Source: Amoebidium appalachense
Lineage: Eukaryota > Protista > Ichthyosporea
Direction: 5' to 3'
Length of the DNA stretch: 64,000 nt
Assembly (NCBI GenBank): GCA_963693365.1
Contig: CAVNZM010000006.1
Coordinates: 10,047,355 to 10,111,354 of the forward strand
Shown: in pieces, positions 51,394-64,000 of the stretch
How positions within the stretch are numbered: position 1 is the first letter of the stretch
Layout: each line of letters begins with the position of its first letter
The notes under the pieces: generated by a model
Told to the model about the DNA's origin: nothing
Database searches by the model: none
What the model saw: the letters and a program-made list of their open reading frames with translations, nothing else
Translations under genes and position numbers: made by a program

Positions 51394-53374
51394 AGGCTTT
51401 GAGACTGTTTTGTGTGAACAGTTTTTCTTTATTTTTTGTTTTGCAGGTGTAGAGGGCCGAAGGGGTTGGGCCACATAGTGTTTATGGGTTAGATTCGAGT
51501 TTTCTGTTAGACGGTGTTGCTGTTCACTGTTACACGCTCTAGTATTTCTTGAAACAGAAAGCGACAACTTACCTCGTGGTAAGAAACAACCAGGTGAATG
51601 TATACGCAAACATGTAATTTATATGTAATAGTAGATCTCTGCTTGTGGCTGAGGGTAGTGTAGGAGGAGTGAACGTGAACTAACTAGAAACATGTACACT
51701 AGTAGTATACTATTCTTTGTGCTAGTAAGCGTTAGGGTCTACTTTCTAACATAATAGTACCCACGCTACAATGTTTGCACCTACAGAAAAATAGACTACG
51801 TGCTCGGGAAGCACTTCACAAACTTCTGCCCTCGGAGGCTCGTGTTTTGTTTGTGAGGGCCGTGGATTGAAGCATTGCGCAGGGGATATTGATACTACCA
51901 AAATGAAAGTGTGTTACTAAACATAGAACAATATAAATAGAATTTTCGAGACGGCCGTGGATTGAAGCATCATACGTACGTCTTTGGCGACCCATGAGAG
52001 GGGGAGGGGAGTGTGTGGATAGGATTAGGGGAGAGGGGAGGGGAGGTGGGGAGAGGGGAAGGGTGTGTGTGGGGGGGGGGGGGAGGGGGGGGGAGGGGGG
52101 GGAACGTAGGCCTATAGCTGTGTGGGGGGCTCATTCTGAAGAATACATATCCATGGGGCTTTGTCGGATAAAAGGGAGGCCTCGGGAAAAAACTGGTCTC
52201 GAACAAAGAAGGTCAAGTGCCTATGGCAAAGTAGCACGAAATTTTATGACATGTTTTTCAACTTTCTGTCACTTGTGCAGGCATCGCGACGATCGATGTT
52301 GGTCGGCAGCATGCATGTACAATCGATCAAGACCCGTATATGCGTATGTTGTATGGATGGGCAGGGTCACAGTATACGTAGTGTGCGTTTATCTTTATAT
52401 CGAACAGCATCTAACAGCGTAGCGCTCGTTCGTATTTCTCTATGAATGGATATCAATACCGTGGTTGTGGCCATATTGAGGGGCGTATACACGCTCGTGT
52501 TGTGTGGCAAGCCAGCAACCAACCCGATATCGATCTTTCACAAACACGCACACATGCACTCTACACCACCACCACTCTCTGGTCCTTTACCCCCATTAGC
52601 CACTTCCCCTCTGCCATCCCTCAATCCCAGCATTATTTCTGCGTCGCTTGCCTGGAGCACAGGGTACAAACGCGGGATCTGTGGTCGTGGGCACTGTTAA
52701 GGATGGGTAGTTTATATAGCTACGGTACCGGCGACATTGTACAGCCTTTGAAGTGACAGCACACCTTGCCTGGGTACAATGCAACCCCGTTCTATTATAA
52801 AACCCTTGAGGGCTTGTGTACACAGTGAATGGGTATTTTTCTTGGAATGGCAGCGAACACAGGCCAAAAGACAGACACACCCGTGGTCACAGGTTCAAAC
52901 AAGAAACAACCTGAGCACGAACGAGGCCTGGGCAAAATTTCGCTCAAACATGATTGGGTCAGAAAACGCCAGAGCAATCTAGGATAAACTATTACTATAT
53001 TTGGTAAGCATGCCCTACAAGCTTGCGTATTTGATTGGTTGGTGGTCTGGGAACCAATGCCCGCTCACGACTAAAAAAATTCCATAACACTAACACAAAT
53101 GGCTCACTACAAAAGGGAATCGCTCAGCCGACAGTCCAAAAAAAAACACTAAGGTAGGAGCTTCGGGAGTGGATGTTCTCAGGGTTGATGTGAAGTTTTC
53201 AATGTGAGTGTTGACTATGAAAGTTTCTTGAATAGAGAGAAGGGATGGTTTTACTTGGAAGGGTTGCGCTATAAAGGGTGGTTGCGATGCATCTCTGTAC
53301 AGTGACAGATGACATTGCTTTGCTGATCAAGATTCCTACCTACAGAATACCCCGAAATCGAAAGAGACGTGAGA

Positions 53375-56300
53375 ATGTTGAGTCAAGGTCTTTCCGCAAT
53401 TGCTCGTTCCTCCGCCGGTACGTCGCTTTCCCTGTGTTGCTGCTGTACTCTTCAAACATGGCATTAGCTTTTGGACTTTACTCTACTCATGAAAGGATAT
53501 TATGTTGGTTTGACTTGCCCTGCAAATTGGGCCAACTGAAGTGTGTATACGTAGTTGCTCATTTCCCATGCCAGCTTGTTGTCTGCGTCTTTGAGGGAAT
53601 GTGTGGAGCGGGTTTCAAAATGCATACTGTAGACAGGATGATATATGCGCGGAATGCGAAAACGGTGCAGAAGGGTTATTGTGATAACTTTGCGGATCTG
53701 GTGCAGGAGACTATCTGGTGCAGGAGACTATCATAGATCTTAGTTCTGTACCTGACTACGTATCAATCTTTGACTTACTTCTCCCCTCATAGTGCACCAG
53801 GCCGTTCAACAGACGGCAGCGAGGGCTGCTGCTGCAGTGTGCATGCGCAGGTTTGTTTCATTCATGGTTGGGCACGGCAAAGCATGCCAGAAACCACCTG
53901 ATGTATATGCGTCTTTTGATACTAGGTTTAACCGTTGGGGATTGTTGGGCATGCCATAAGGGTCATAGATAGCAACCTATGTTCGGGGGAATGTAGCAAG
54001 GGGTGGGGGAGAATGTAGCAAGGGGGGGTGGGGAGGGGGGGGAGGGGGGAGGGATATAGTTCACGTAATAAGGGTTGTGTGTTTGAGGGGAGGGGTTGGG
54101 GGTGGAGGGGGGAGGGGGGGGGAAGGGGCTTGAGGAGCAACTCACTGAACATCTTGTTTGCAGCTACACAACAAACCACAAGAAGGTAGAGACGGTCCGG
54201 CGCTGCATCTTCAGTGGTAGGTGCTGGTGTTCTCCTGATCTCACTCCGCCTTTTGTGTATCTCGGGCCCAATCTGTAGCACGGTTGCTATTCCTATGAGA
54301 GGCTTCTGGGGGCCGATACTCCACCATAGGCAGAGATAATGGAATGAGACGTTAAGAATGATAAGATCAAAAATATTCTCCAAGTACCCTTTTTGGTGGA
54401 CATGGGAAGCACCAGTTGCATTACACTTGCCTGCCAACACACTTGCACATGACTAATATTTGCCTCCACCCAGTGCCGGGCTATGACACACGCAAGATCA
54501 GCAAGCTGCCCAAGCTGGACATCGATTCCATCGTCCTGGACCTGGTAAACAACCACCCCCCCCCCCCCTCCCCCCCCCCCCAAATGGGATATTGATACCT
54601 GCAATGGGTTTTCTGTTACAAGTCTTTTCAATCTGCCCTCTAGTACCCTTCCCCCCCCCCTCCCCCCCCCCCCCCCCTGCGCCACCTCCGCCAGACACAC
54701 ACAAATACACATATATGGGGTGTCTGTGAGCATACTTAATGTCTAGAACGCTTGGGTTCTGGATTATCTGGAGATGATGTTTCTTCTGAAAGCTATCCTT
54801 TCAAGCCAAGATATTTCAACAACGTTTTGTTCGGACCCTTTGAAAGTACACAACTTCTCAGACCTAGCCTACTCAGCCTGCCAATGCCTTATGAGTAGGC
54901 TAGGCCTGGGAAGTTGAGTGTATTCCCCATATATGGTTCTTCACCACACCATCTATACTGCTGGTGTGTACCCATTATCACATTTTCAAGTTTTGGCGAA
55001 AATAATCATGTACTGTTGCATAGTGTCTAGATTGGGGCATGTATCGACACTTTTGGCCATGCAGGAGGATGCAGTGCCAGTGAACCGGAAGAAGGAGTCA
55101 CGTGACATTGTGTGCAAAATCCTCAACGAGGTGGACTTTGGCCGTGGGGAGGTCGGTGTGCGCGTCAACGATGCTCGCTCAGGTACTTGTGCACTGTCTT
55201 GGTGGGGTGACATAAAAGTTGAATGGAGGGATAGCCATGAGAGTCACCGGTGGAGGAAATGGCGTGTGGGTGGGGACAGAGGGTTGGGGTGAAGGGGGAG
55301 AGTGGGTAGCATGTGAGTCTCTGCGGTGCAAAGTGGATCGTGCAAAAGGAAGTTGGCTCAACGACTTATGTATGTGGTTGCATTTGGGGTTGCCTGAAGA
55401 GAGACCCACCAACAAAGGGGATGGAGATGATGATGCAACTGTTCGTGTATATGATGAGAGGGGGGGGGGGGGGGGGGGGGGGGGGGTGAGGGGGTTTGTT
55501 GGAGGGGAGGGGGGGGGGGGGATTGGGGACGGTGTGTGGGGTGAGAGATGGGGGTGGGGGGGGGGCTGCAATCGACTTACGTCGTGGCGTGGACAGCGCT
55601 TGTGCAGGACGACCTGAAGGCGGTGCTGCAGACAAAGAGCATCGATGCCATTGTCATCCCAAAGGTCGAGAGCCCCAGTGACGTCAAGCTGGTCAATGAC
55701 ATCATCGACCACGTGGCCCCAGACGATGTGTACGTGCACCAAACACACACATGCAAAAAAGTAAAGGAAAGGAAAGGAAAGCAACCAGTCCATCCTGCGT
55801 GTGGTACCATTATTATCACACACTGCCACGCACGCGTATACTCATACACACCAGCTCACATGCATATACACAGATACACCACGCTGCACACTCAAACACA
55901 CCTGGCGGAGCATACAGGCACGTACACACAGGGAATCGAAATTCTCCCCTTGCTGTGACGTTCAGGTGTTTGGACACTCTCTGCTTTTCAACCGACCCTT
56001 CTTGCCCATGGTGCACTTGGTGTGAGTCTTACACGGGTTCATTTGCAGAAAAGACAACATCCGGCTGCTGCTGCAGATTGAGAGTGCAAATGCCATCCTC
56101 AACCTCAGAGAGATTGCCTCGGCCAGCCAACGTGTCGACGCTCTTATTGTTAGCATCCCCCCTCACCCTTCCCTCCCTCCCTTTCCTTCTCCCTCCCCCT
56201 CCCCTCCCCTCCACCGCAACCCCCATCAACCCCAATGTCTTCGATAATAATGTTATCTTACACATGCCGTGTGCAGCGCTTGCAACTTTCCAGTCAGCAT

Positions 56301-56644
56301 TTTTATACAGAATAACCCCCTCTCCTAACCCCCCCCCCTCCCCACCGACCCACCCACTCACCCAATCCGTTAATTCTTTCATTCCTTTTTTATTGCAGGT
56401 TTGTACTGAAGTGTAATAAGTGAAGGATGGGCGGATGGCGAGGGACTGGGGGGATTGTGTGTGTGTGTGTGGGGGGGGGAGGGGGGAGGGGGGGGTTGCT
56501 GGTCTTGGTAACCAGTCGGTTCGACCCGTACTTACTATCCACCCACACAGTTTGCCTCTGAGGATTACTGCGCTGATGTGGGTATGTGTCTGTTTTGCAT
56601 GCAGTCTTTGTGTGGAAGGCTCTATGGTTTGCATGTGTGTGTGT

Positions 56645-56688
<44 letters not shown>

Positions 56689-57124
56689 GGGAAGCACGGG
56701 GTGAGGGGTGGGAGCCAATGCGAGTTAACTGATGGCATGGTTCCCTTGGATGGAGAGGTATGAATGTGTGTACTGGGAGGAGGAGGGAAAGCTGGGTGAG
56801 TGGGGAACCGGATGAAGGGCTTGGTGCATACATAGACATGCGGTAGTCAGATGGAGGGATAGTGGTGACTCTTTCATGTACAAGCATGCGGAGTAGCACG
56901 AAAGGTGGGGGGAGAGGGGGAGGAGGGGGAGGGGGAGTTGAAGAGGGCCTAAAATCTGACGCAAGTGGTGGTCCCTGGGGTCCTGCCCGGTCCAAACTCT
57001 CTCACGACTGAACAATATAATGCTTCCAAACCACTCCCCCCCCCCCCCCCCCCCCCCCCCCAACAAAAAAAATACACATACACACACATACCAACACCAC
57101 CACTTCTCATGCCCCCACACCTGT

Positions 57125-57163
<39 letters not shown>

Positions 57164-57339
57164 CGGCTTCAAATTCTTACCATCAACTTTGAGGTACCAA
57201 ATGTGTTTCTCACCACCCCCTGCACAGGCATCCATCGTACCCGTGGGGCCATGGAGCTTTTGTTTGCCCGCTCCTCTGTCGTCACCCATGCCGCTGCTCA
57301 CAATCTGCAGGTGAACACCATAACCCCTCTCCCCTCCCT

Positions 57340-57370
<31 letters not shown>

Positions 57371-58354
57371 CCCCCCTCCCCCCTTCCCGCCCTCTTCCCC
57401 CCGCCCCCCGTCCCCCCCCAAAAAAATAAAATAAAATAAAGCAAAAAACACACAAAAAAAGCAGTGAGCAAACTCTTTTAGATACCCCCCCCCCCCCCCC
57501 CCCCTCTTTCCCCTCCCCCCACCCCCCCCCCCCCCCCCCCCCCCCCCATGCACACACACACCAACACACACGCACACACAAACATATGCTGTCCCACTCT
57601 CAACATCACACTCCTCCAACTTTCCCCCCTTTTTTCCATCCTCCTTGGTGCTCTTTCCCCTTGCTCTCCTGGGTAGGTTGCAGCACATGAAGCAACAGCA
57701 AGGAGATGCATAACAAACACCATATTCTTCTTGTCTAAATCCCCCCTCCTACCCCTCCCATCCTCCCCTCACCCCTCCCCTTCCCGTTGAAGAATAGGAA
57801 AGAAAGGAACAAGAATGAAAAGACATTAGCAAAACCCACAACCTTCCCTATCGTTCGTTCCGACATTGCGGAATATGGAAGGACGAGAGGCTTATCGAAG
57901 GGGCCGGGGGGGGGGGGGGGGGGGGGGGGGAGCAAAAACACGCAACTCAATGGGCATGGCAGGCCATCGACATGGTGTGCATCGACTACCACGACAAGGA
58001 GCTGCTGACCCTGGAGAGCAGAGAGGCCCACCGGATGGGCTTCACCGGCAAGGCATGCCCCACCTGCCCTCCCCCACCATCCACCAACCTACCCACCCTC
58101 TTCCCTGGCCCCCTATCCAGCCACCCATCCACCCCCACACGCCTTCATCCTCCCCTCCCCCTCCCCCCCCCCCCCCCCCCCCCCCCCCTTCCCCCTGGCG
58201 CCGCCCACACACACACACACGCACACACACGTACAACCACCACTTCGACCACGGACACACACAAACCTACTGCCCTGTTATTCTGTAATACTCATTGCGT
58301 ATCTCTGCGAGCACCTTAGTTTCGCAATTCATCCTCTTCCCCCCCCCCCCCCCC

Positions 58355-58388
<34 letters not shown>

Positions 58389-58460
58389 CCCTTCCCCCAT
58401 CCAACTTACACACATGCGCACGCACACGTACACACACACACACACACACCCTTGATTTAT

Positions 58461-58500
<40 letters not shown>

Positions 58501-58931
58501 TTCTCCCTCTCTGTTATGCACATCACCATGAAGCCCTCACCCCAACCCCCACCACCCCCTTTCATTCTTGCACGATCCAGTACCTCTCAAACCGTCCCCC
58601 CTCGCACCGAGCCATGCCATCACCACAAAACATCGTACCAAACTTGTCACTTTGCACACGGTTCTGCCTGTGCGTGGGGTGTTCTACTGCGGGTGATTGT
58701 GTTCCACTGTGGGTGGCTGTGTTCTAACTTTCAATCCCCCCTTGCAGCAAGCAGTGCATCCCGTGCAGGTGCCCATCATCCACAAGGAGTTCAGCCCCTC
58801 CACCAGAGGTATGTACACATGCGCAGGCTGAAACTAAACACGTTTCTGGGGGGAGGGGGGAGGGGTCCGTCTGTGTTGTGTGTGTGTGTGTGTTGGGTGG
58901 TGGTGTTTGTGGTTTCTTTTTTTTTTTTTTT

Positions 58932-58962
<31 letters not shown>

Positions 58963-59681
58963 GGGCTGTGTTTGTGATCTCTCCTACATGGCATGTGAGT
59001 GCTATTTGCCTCTAACCTGGCTCTGCACAGTGATTGAGCGTGCACAGCGCATCGTGGACGGCTACAAGGCCCACCAGGATGCAGGCATTGGCGCATTCGA
59101 TCTGGACGGTGTCGTCATCGACCTGCCTGGTGCGTCCCTCCCATCCTCTAAAACACTGCCCCCCCCCCCCCCCCCCCCCTCCCCCCTCCCCCCTCCCCCA
59201 ACCCCCCCCCCAACACCAAAACTGCTGCAAGTCAATAGACGATCCCACATGCTGCCAGCACACCCACCAGAGTGCAGTGAGACTGACCCTGTTGCTGGAC
59301 TCCACAGAGAATGCACCTCCCTTTGCTCTCTTTTCCCCTCACCGCCTCCCTCCTTGTTTCCTCCCTTTGATTTGCCTACGGTCGTCTCTGCAATATGGGC
59401 ACGGTCGGCAGGCATTGAGTAATTCAATTCACTTATTGCACTCTGCTTGAACGAGCGCATTTAGGGCGTGCTGAACCAGACGGGTTACCTGATCTCTCAC
59501 AGTGCTTCCCGGCTCCTGTATTTGTTGTCCACACACCAAAACCCTTCTACACCCACCAATGTCTATTCCCCTTGCAATCTGTATGGTGTTGGCAGTGGTG
59601 AATGTGTACTTTGCTCTCTGTAACACCTTCTGCCCCCCCCCCCCCCCCCCCCCCCCCCAAACACACACACACGCACCCGTT

Positions 59682-59726
<45 letters not shown>

Positions 59727-60070
59727 CTGCACGCACACGCACACACACACACACACACACGTTCTGCACGCACACACGCGCACGCACACACACACACACA
59801 CAAACCGTTAAACACACACACATGAATGCATAAACATGCACGCGCGTACACCCACACACGCACGTGCACAACCATACACACACACACCTCATCTTTGTGC
59901 TTCTCACACGCTCGGCTGCCTATCTGCCTGTCTAACCATTAACACCCCCCCCCCCTTTCCCCCCCCCCTCCCCTCCCCCCCCTCCACACACACACCGCCG
60001 CCGCCACCACCACCACCACCACCACCTCCCCTGCCCTTCACATCCTTTCCCTTACCCCCCCCCCCCCCCC

Positions 60071-60113
<43 letters not shown>

Positions 60114-60157
60114 ACACACACACATACACACACTCGCACTCACACACCCACACACAA

Positions 60158-60188
<31 letters not shown>

Positions 60189-60286
60189 CACGTGCAGTTC
60201 TGAAGTGGGCCGAGAAGGTGATTGCCCGTGCCCAGGTTGCCAGGGCCACAGGCTCATACCCGTCGGAGGAGGAGTACCACTGGTAG
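53375..60286 (+). CDS. CLYBL: Citrate lyase beta-like / citramalyl-CoA lyase (CitE family), mitochondrial. Exons ~53375-53417, 53793-53850, 54164-54216, 54474-54544, 55065-55182, 55598-55729, 56049-56147, 56551-56581, 57228-57310, 57963-58052, 58748-58808, 59031-59129, 60198-60286
   Basis: Presequence [14 protein letters not shown]...MRSY; RRCIFSVPG; VLDLEDAV; VRVN; IPKVES; QIESA; FASEDY; AIDMVCIDY; MGFTGKQAVHP; [13 protein letters not shown]. Confidence 0.95.
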
Positions 60287-60946
60287 TCCAGTCCCTAGTT
60301 TCTTGATATGTGGCCGTAGGATTAGGCCCGGTCGACACACCGTTTTGGTCTTTAATGTAATAGAGTTATTGGCACAGATCGCAAGTAGTAAAGCGCTTCT
60401 GCACGTGATTCGCGCACATAATTGTATGTATATTTTGCAAAATTTGCCTTAGGACCTAGGAAGACGACACGACACGACACCTAATCGAATACGTATAGTT
60501 AACCGCTTCCGTGCGAAGGAAGAGGGGCAAAAACAAAGCAAAAAAAAAAAAGTATATATGAAGGTGGTAAGTGATAAAGACACTATCGTCTACCAGTAAA
60601 AGAAGCATGCCACACGTCACCTGTATTGTGGCGGCTATTTCAGTTCATGATGAACAGCTCGTGACCAGGCTTCGCGTATCTCTTCAGTTCCGCATTCTAG
60701 CCTTAAGGTCCCTTCCCCTACGCACAACATACACACACGCACGGGCGCGCGCGACACACACTGCCCGGCTGAATTTTGACCTTATCCTTCCCTCTGAGGC
60801 TCCGCCCCTCCCCTGCACCATAAGGCACGCACACACACAAACACACACACACACGTGACACACACACACACACACGCACACACACACACACATGTAAACC
60901 CAGCCCTGAATCTAATGTAACCTCCGGATCCCTCCCCCCCCCCTCC

Positions 60947-61795
60947 CATCTTTACTTCCATGCAACCGGGCATGGTTGCTCTGTGTCGTGCATCTGTAAG
61001 CACATACGCGTTTTTCGCTGCACTGCATTAGTTTGCACACACATCTTCACCGTTCTGCTCACCTTGCTTGCATAAGCAACCCTGCTCGTCTTTGATCAAG
61101 ACGGGTTGACCCACCCAAGTTCAGTTGATGCTGCTGTTTGAGTTGGAGCGTCGTATATACGCGGGCTAAGGGGTCGAAACTCAGACGCAATTGATGACTT
61201 GGGCCCTCCCTGAGGATGGGCTCTGCTTATGACGCATACTGTGCGCATGGCTGATGTTGCATACTTGAATGTTTGCCTTTGCATGTGTCCTGCACCATGC
61301 TTCTCATCGTGTATGCGTACTTTGTACTGTGTTCCGCATTCAAACCCCCCTGTCTTCTTTCAGAGGTGTCCTTTCAGGACAGACCACTGTGTGGAGACAT
61401 CTTTACTTCCATGCAACCGGGCATGGTTGCTCTGTGTCGTGCATCTGTAAGCACATACGCGTTTTTCGCTGCACTGCATTAGTTTGCACACACATCTTCA
61501 CCGTTCTGCTCACCTTGCTTGCATAAGCAACCCTGCTCGTCTTTGATCAAGACGGGTTGACCCACCCAAGTTCAGTTGATGCTGCTGTTTGAGTTGGAGC
61601 GTCGTATATACGCGCGGGCTAAGGGGTCGAAACTCAGACGCAATTGATGACTTGGGCCCTCCCTGAGGATGGGCTCTGCTTATGACGCATACTGTGCGCA
61701 TGGCTGATGTTGCATACTTGAATGTTTGCCTTTGCATGTGTCCTGCACCATGCTTCTCATCGTGTATGCGTACTTTGTACTGTGTTCCGCATTCA
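60947..61795. mobile_element. ~451-bp repeat, copy B (1.9 head-to-tail units)
   Basis: Period 451 bp (60947 vs 61398). Same right end (...TTCCGCATTCA) as copy A but a different left start, with C-rich flanks. Confidence 0.85.
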
Positions 61796-62215
61796 CCCCA
61801 ACCCCCCTCCCCCCCCCCCCCCCCCCTTCCTCCCCTCCCCCTCCTGCAACTTCCACACGCGCACACCGAGTCCCATGCATAAACAATGAAAACGCCTGTA
61901 GTGCCGAGCTGTCCCAGATTGCCAACTGGCCGCTATGCACATGCGGGTAGTGTAACCATATTTTGTACGGGCATGAGGCAGAGCCGGACCTTGGTTAAAT
62001 CGCTGGTTTATGGGTCAAGGCCAAAGCCGCATGTTCAGCCGCCCATTGCAGATAAAGGACGTGGTCATTTTGTAGCCGGCCCGTGTGGGTGCCCCGTAAG
62101 CAGCACGAGCTATTTGTCCATGGCGGCACGGGTACATCAAGCCTAGTTGTCCTGGGGAGGAGGAGGGGGTGGGGTGCACGTGGGGTGGTGATCGCGGGGG
62201 TCGGGGGTTGCCCCG

Positions 62216-62256
<41 letters not shown>

Positions 62257-62289
62257 GGGAGGGACCACTGGCACTGGTTCAGGACACCG

Positions 62290-63730
62290 CCGGTTTAACA
62301 CCGTCTCCAACTGATGATGGTACAGCGCAACAAATACGAGAAGCTGCTTCGTGATCACCGTAGTGAAATACACCACGCCCACAATCGTTACTTCCCAGCG
62401 CACTTGGATAATGCTCCATCGTCCACTTCTTCTCACCATAATTTCAAATGCCAGAAACGACACTAACGATAATAACACTGTGGCTGTTTCGACAAGGGTG
62501 TACACAAAGCACAGAAACGTTTCAAACGGAGGCGGACTTGTCATGGCAACAAATTGCATTCTGTATTGGATGTTGATTGTGACCAGAAGTAGGTAAGGAA
62601 GCCAGAACATGAAAGCAACTTTGCACACCCACCACGTCTGAAGGGTTGCATATATAATTATCTTCGGGGCGATCCATTTGAGATTCAGCATGTCTGGCTG
62701 GCCGGTGAACACGGCAACACGGCGCAGACAGAGGACTACGTTGACGATTTCGCTGGTAACCTGCAAGGAACCGGTTGGTAGCACGTGCAAGTGTTAGAGC
62801 CAGGCATGTTGATGCGATGGCGTGCACAGGGATGCACTGAGCAAGTGCACACACACGGTTATATGGGTTTGGTGTTTGACAAAAATCATATGCGTCATGT
62901 GCACTGTGACTGTTCAAAAATGTGCTCAAGCTAACGGTGCACACTTGCGCTAGACAGGGTGATGCTGCAGTCTGTGATGAGGTCATAATCACGGTAGCAT
63001 TTGCTTTTAAAATTGCAAAAATTGTGTTTACGTGCCACAGAATACTTGCAGTTTGCGAGAAAGAAATTCGAGCCGTGCATGCCTTGGATGCCTGTCCTCG
63101 TGCTCAGTGACCATGATCATCCAAAATATATTCACCATGCCGTGAGATGTTCGCTTTTTTAGGCTAACAGTAAATCTGAGAGCGTTCCATGTGGCAGGTT
63201 GCATCGAGGACTTTGGTGAGTCGAAAATGCAGACAAGTGAGGGATGCAAAGGCTCAATAAGGGAGGGAGTTGCTTGGATGGGGGGGAGGGGTGGGGGAGA
63301 GGGGGGGAGGGGAGGTGGAGAGGAGGGGGAGGGGGAGGGGGAGGAGGGGGAGAGGGGGGGCTGCCAAACCTCTGAGGTCAAACCAGGCAGGGGCAGGCTG
63401 TCGTCCAGCCAGGCATAGACATAATGGTCCAGACAGCCCAGCAGCAGAGGTATGAGCGCCACAAAGACCAGGCACGTGCTTGCGGCCTGACTGCGCACGT
63501 GTCGCCACATACACACACACAGTGCGCACACGTACAGCGAAAGCACTACAGCGCCGTGTATTGACGATGCAACGGCAAGTTGCGAGGCTGAGGGAAAAAC
63601 AGATATGAATGTACTGATCGTGGCCACCCCATGGTTCAGGGGTGCATATGATGTCCGGTAATCGTTGTGAAGCGCGGTCGATGTCACGATCACAATTGGG
63701 ATCAGATTCTCAGTCGCATCATGATTGACA
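62290..63730 (-). CDS. Multipass membrane protein (possibly 7TM receptor-like), partial model. Exons ~63730-63371, ~63094-62948, 62760-62290
   Basis: At least five hydrophobic ~20-aa segments in ORFs 63028-63693 and 62143-62790, with plausible splice sites. Ends unresolved. Confidence 0.5.
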
Positions 63731-64000
63731 TGGGCGTGCCGCGTGACACATTTAAAGCCGTGGGTTTACAAGATGCACGTACACGTGTCAGAGTGCAGGA
63801 TGTGTTTGCGTTGGCAGTCCCTCACGAGGGTGGACCTATGTGAACCAATGTGTGTGTGCCCTGGTCACTGTGGAGTGGCAAGACTGGTGCTGATTGATGT
63901 GCAGGAGGGTTGTCGGCCTTGGGGTTGTGCGGCGTATGCCAACGTGGTGATGTAGAGAGACGGGCTGAGGGTTTGTGTTCCAGTCAGAATCAGTCCGCAG

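Larger units (their letters stand above)
47798..51959 (+). mobile_element. P-superfamily (THAP) DNA transposon, internally deleted
   Basis: Left end GATTGAA|CATGGC-CACGGC-CACGGCCCTCTGAAAA. Right ends GAGGGCCGTG|GATTGAA (51864) and TTTTCGAGACGGCCGTG|GATTGAA (51959). 7-bp TSD GATTGAA. THAP domain and P-transposase C-terminal motifs lie inside. Confidence 0.88.

Noticed and set aside
53696-53733. 17-bp tandem duplication, and similar short duplications at ~11219, ~17423/17509, ~28519/28563 and ~53989
   Set aside because: Ordinary slippage duplications in non-coding DNA with no sign of function.
53458-53736. Alternative CLYBL start at ATG 53458 / ORF 53278-53736
   Set aside because: No usable donor. 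ATG 53375 gives a phase-consistent mitochondrial presequence.

Overview
Eukaryotic genomic DNA with spliceosomal GT-AG introns packed with poly-G/poly-C tracts and CA/TG microsatellites. Protein similarities suggest a unicellular opisthokont/holozoan (inference). Most ORFs in the supplied track are low-complexity artefacts, so genes were rebuilt exon by exon with splice phases checked by hand. Genes: GRASP55/65 with a His/Asp/Gly-rich tail (-); a SETD2/Set2-architecture gene (SET-AID-WW-SRI) whose SET domain lacks the SAM-binding, catalytic and Zn-ligand motifs (+); a LicD/fukutin-family transferase (-); an intronless ML/NPC2-like protein (+); a 5-exon orphan (+); a bZIP factor (-); CLYBL/CitE-like with one GC-AG intron (+); and a partial multipass membrane protein (-). 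Mobile DNA: a complete Copia-primed TRIM (1652-2838); an internally deleted, intron-containing P-superfamily transposon with TIRs, a 7-bp TSD and an intact THAP-only ORF (47798-51864/51959); and a structured ~451-bp repeat in circularly permuted tandem copies at two loci. The strongest novelty candidates are the SETD2 pseudo-methyltransferase, the KP-like P derivative and the 451-bp element. Several single-base frameshifts fall in homopolymers and are probably sequencing errors.
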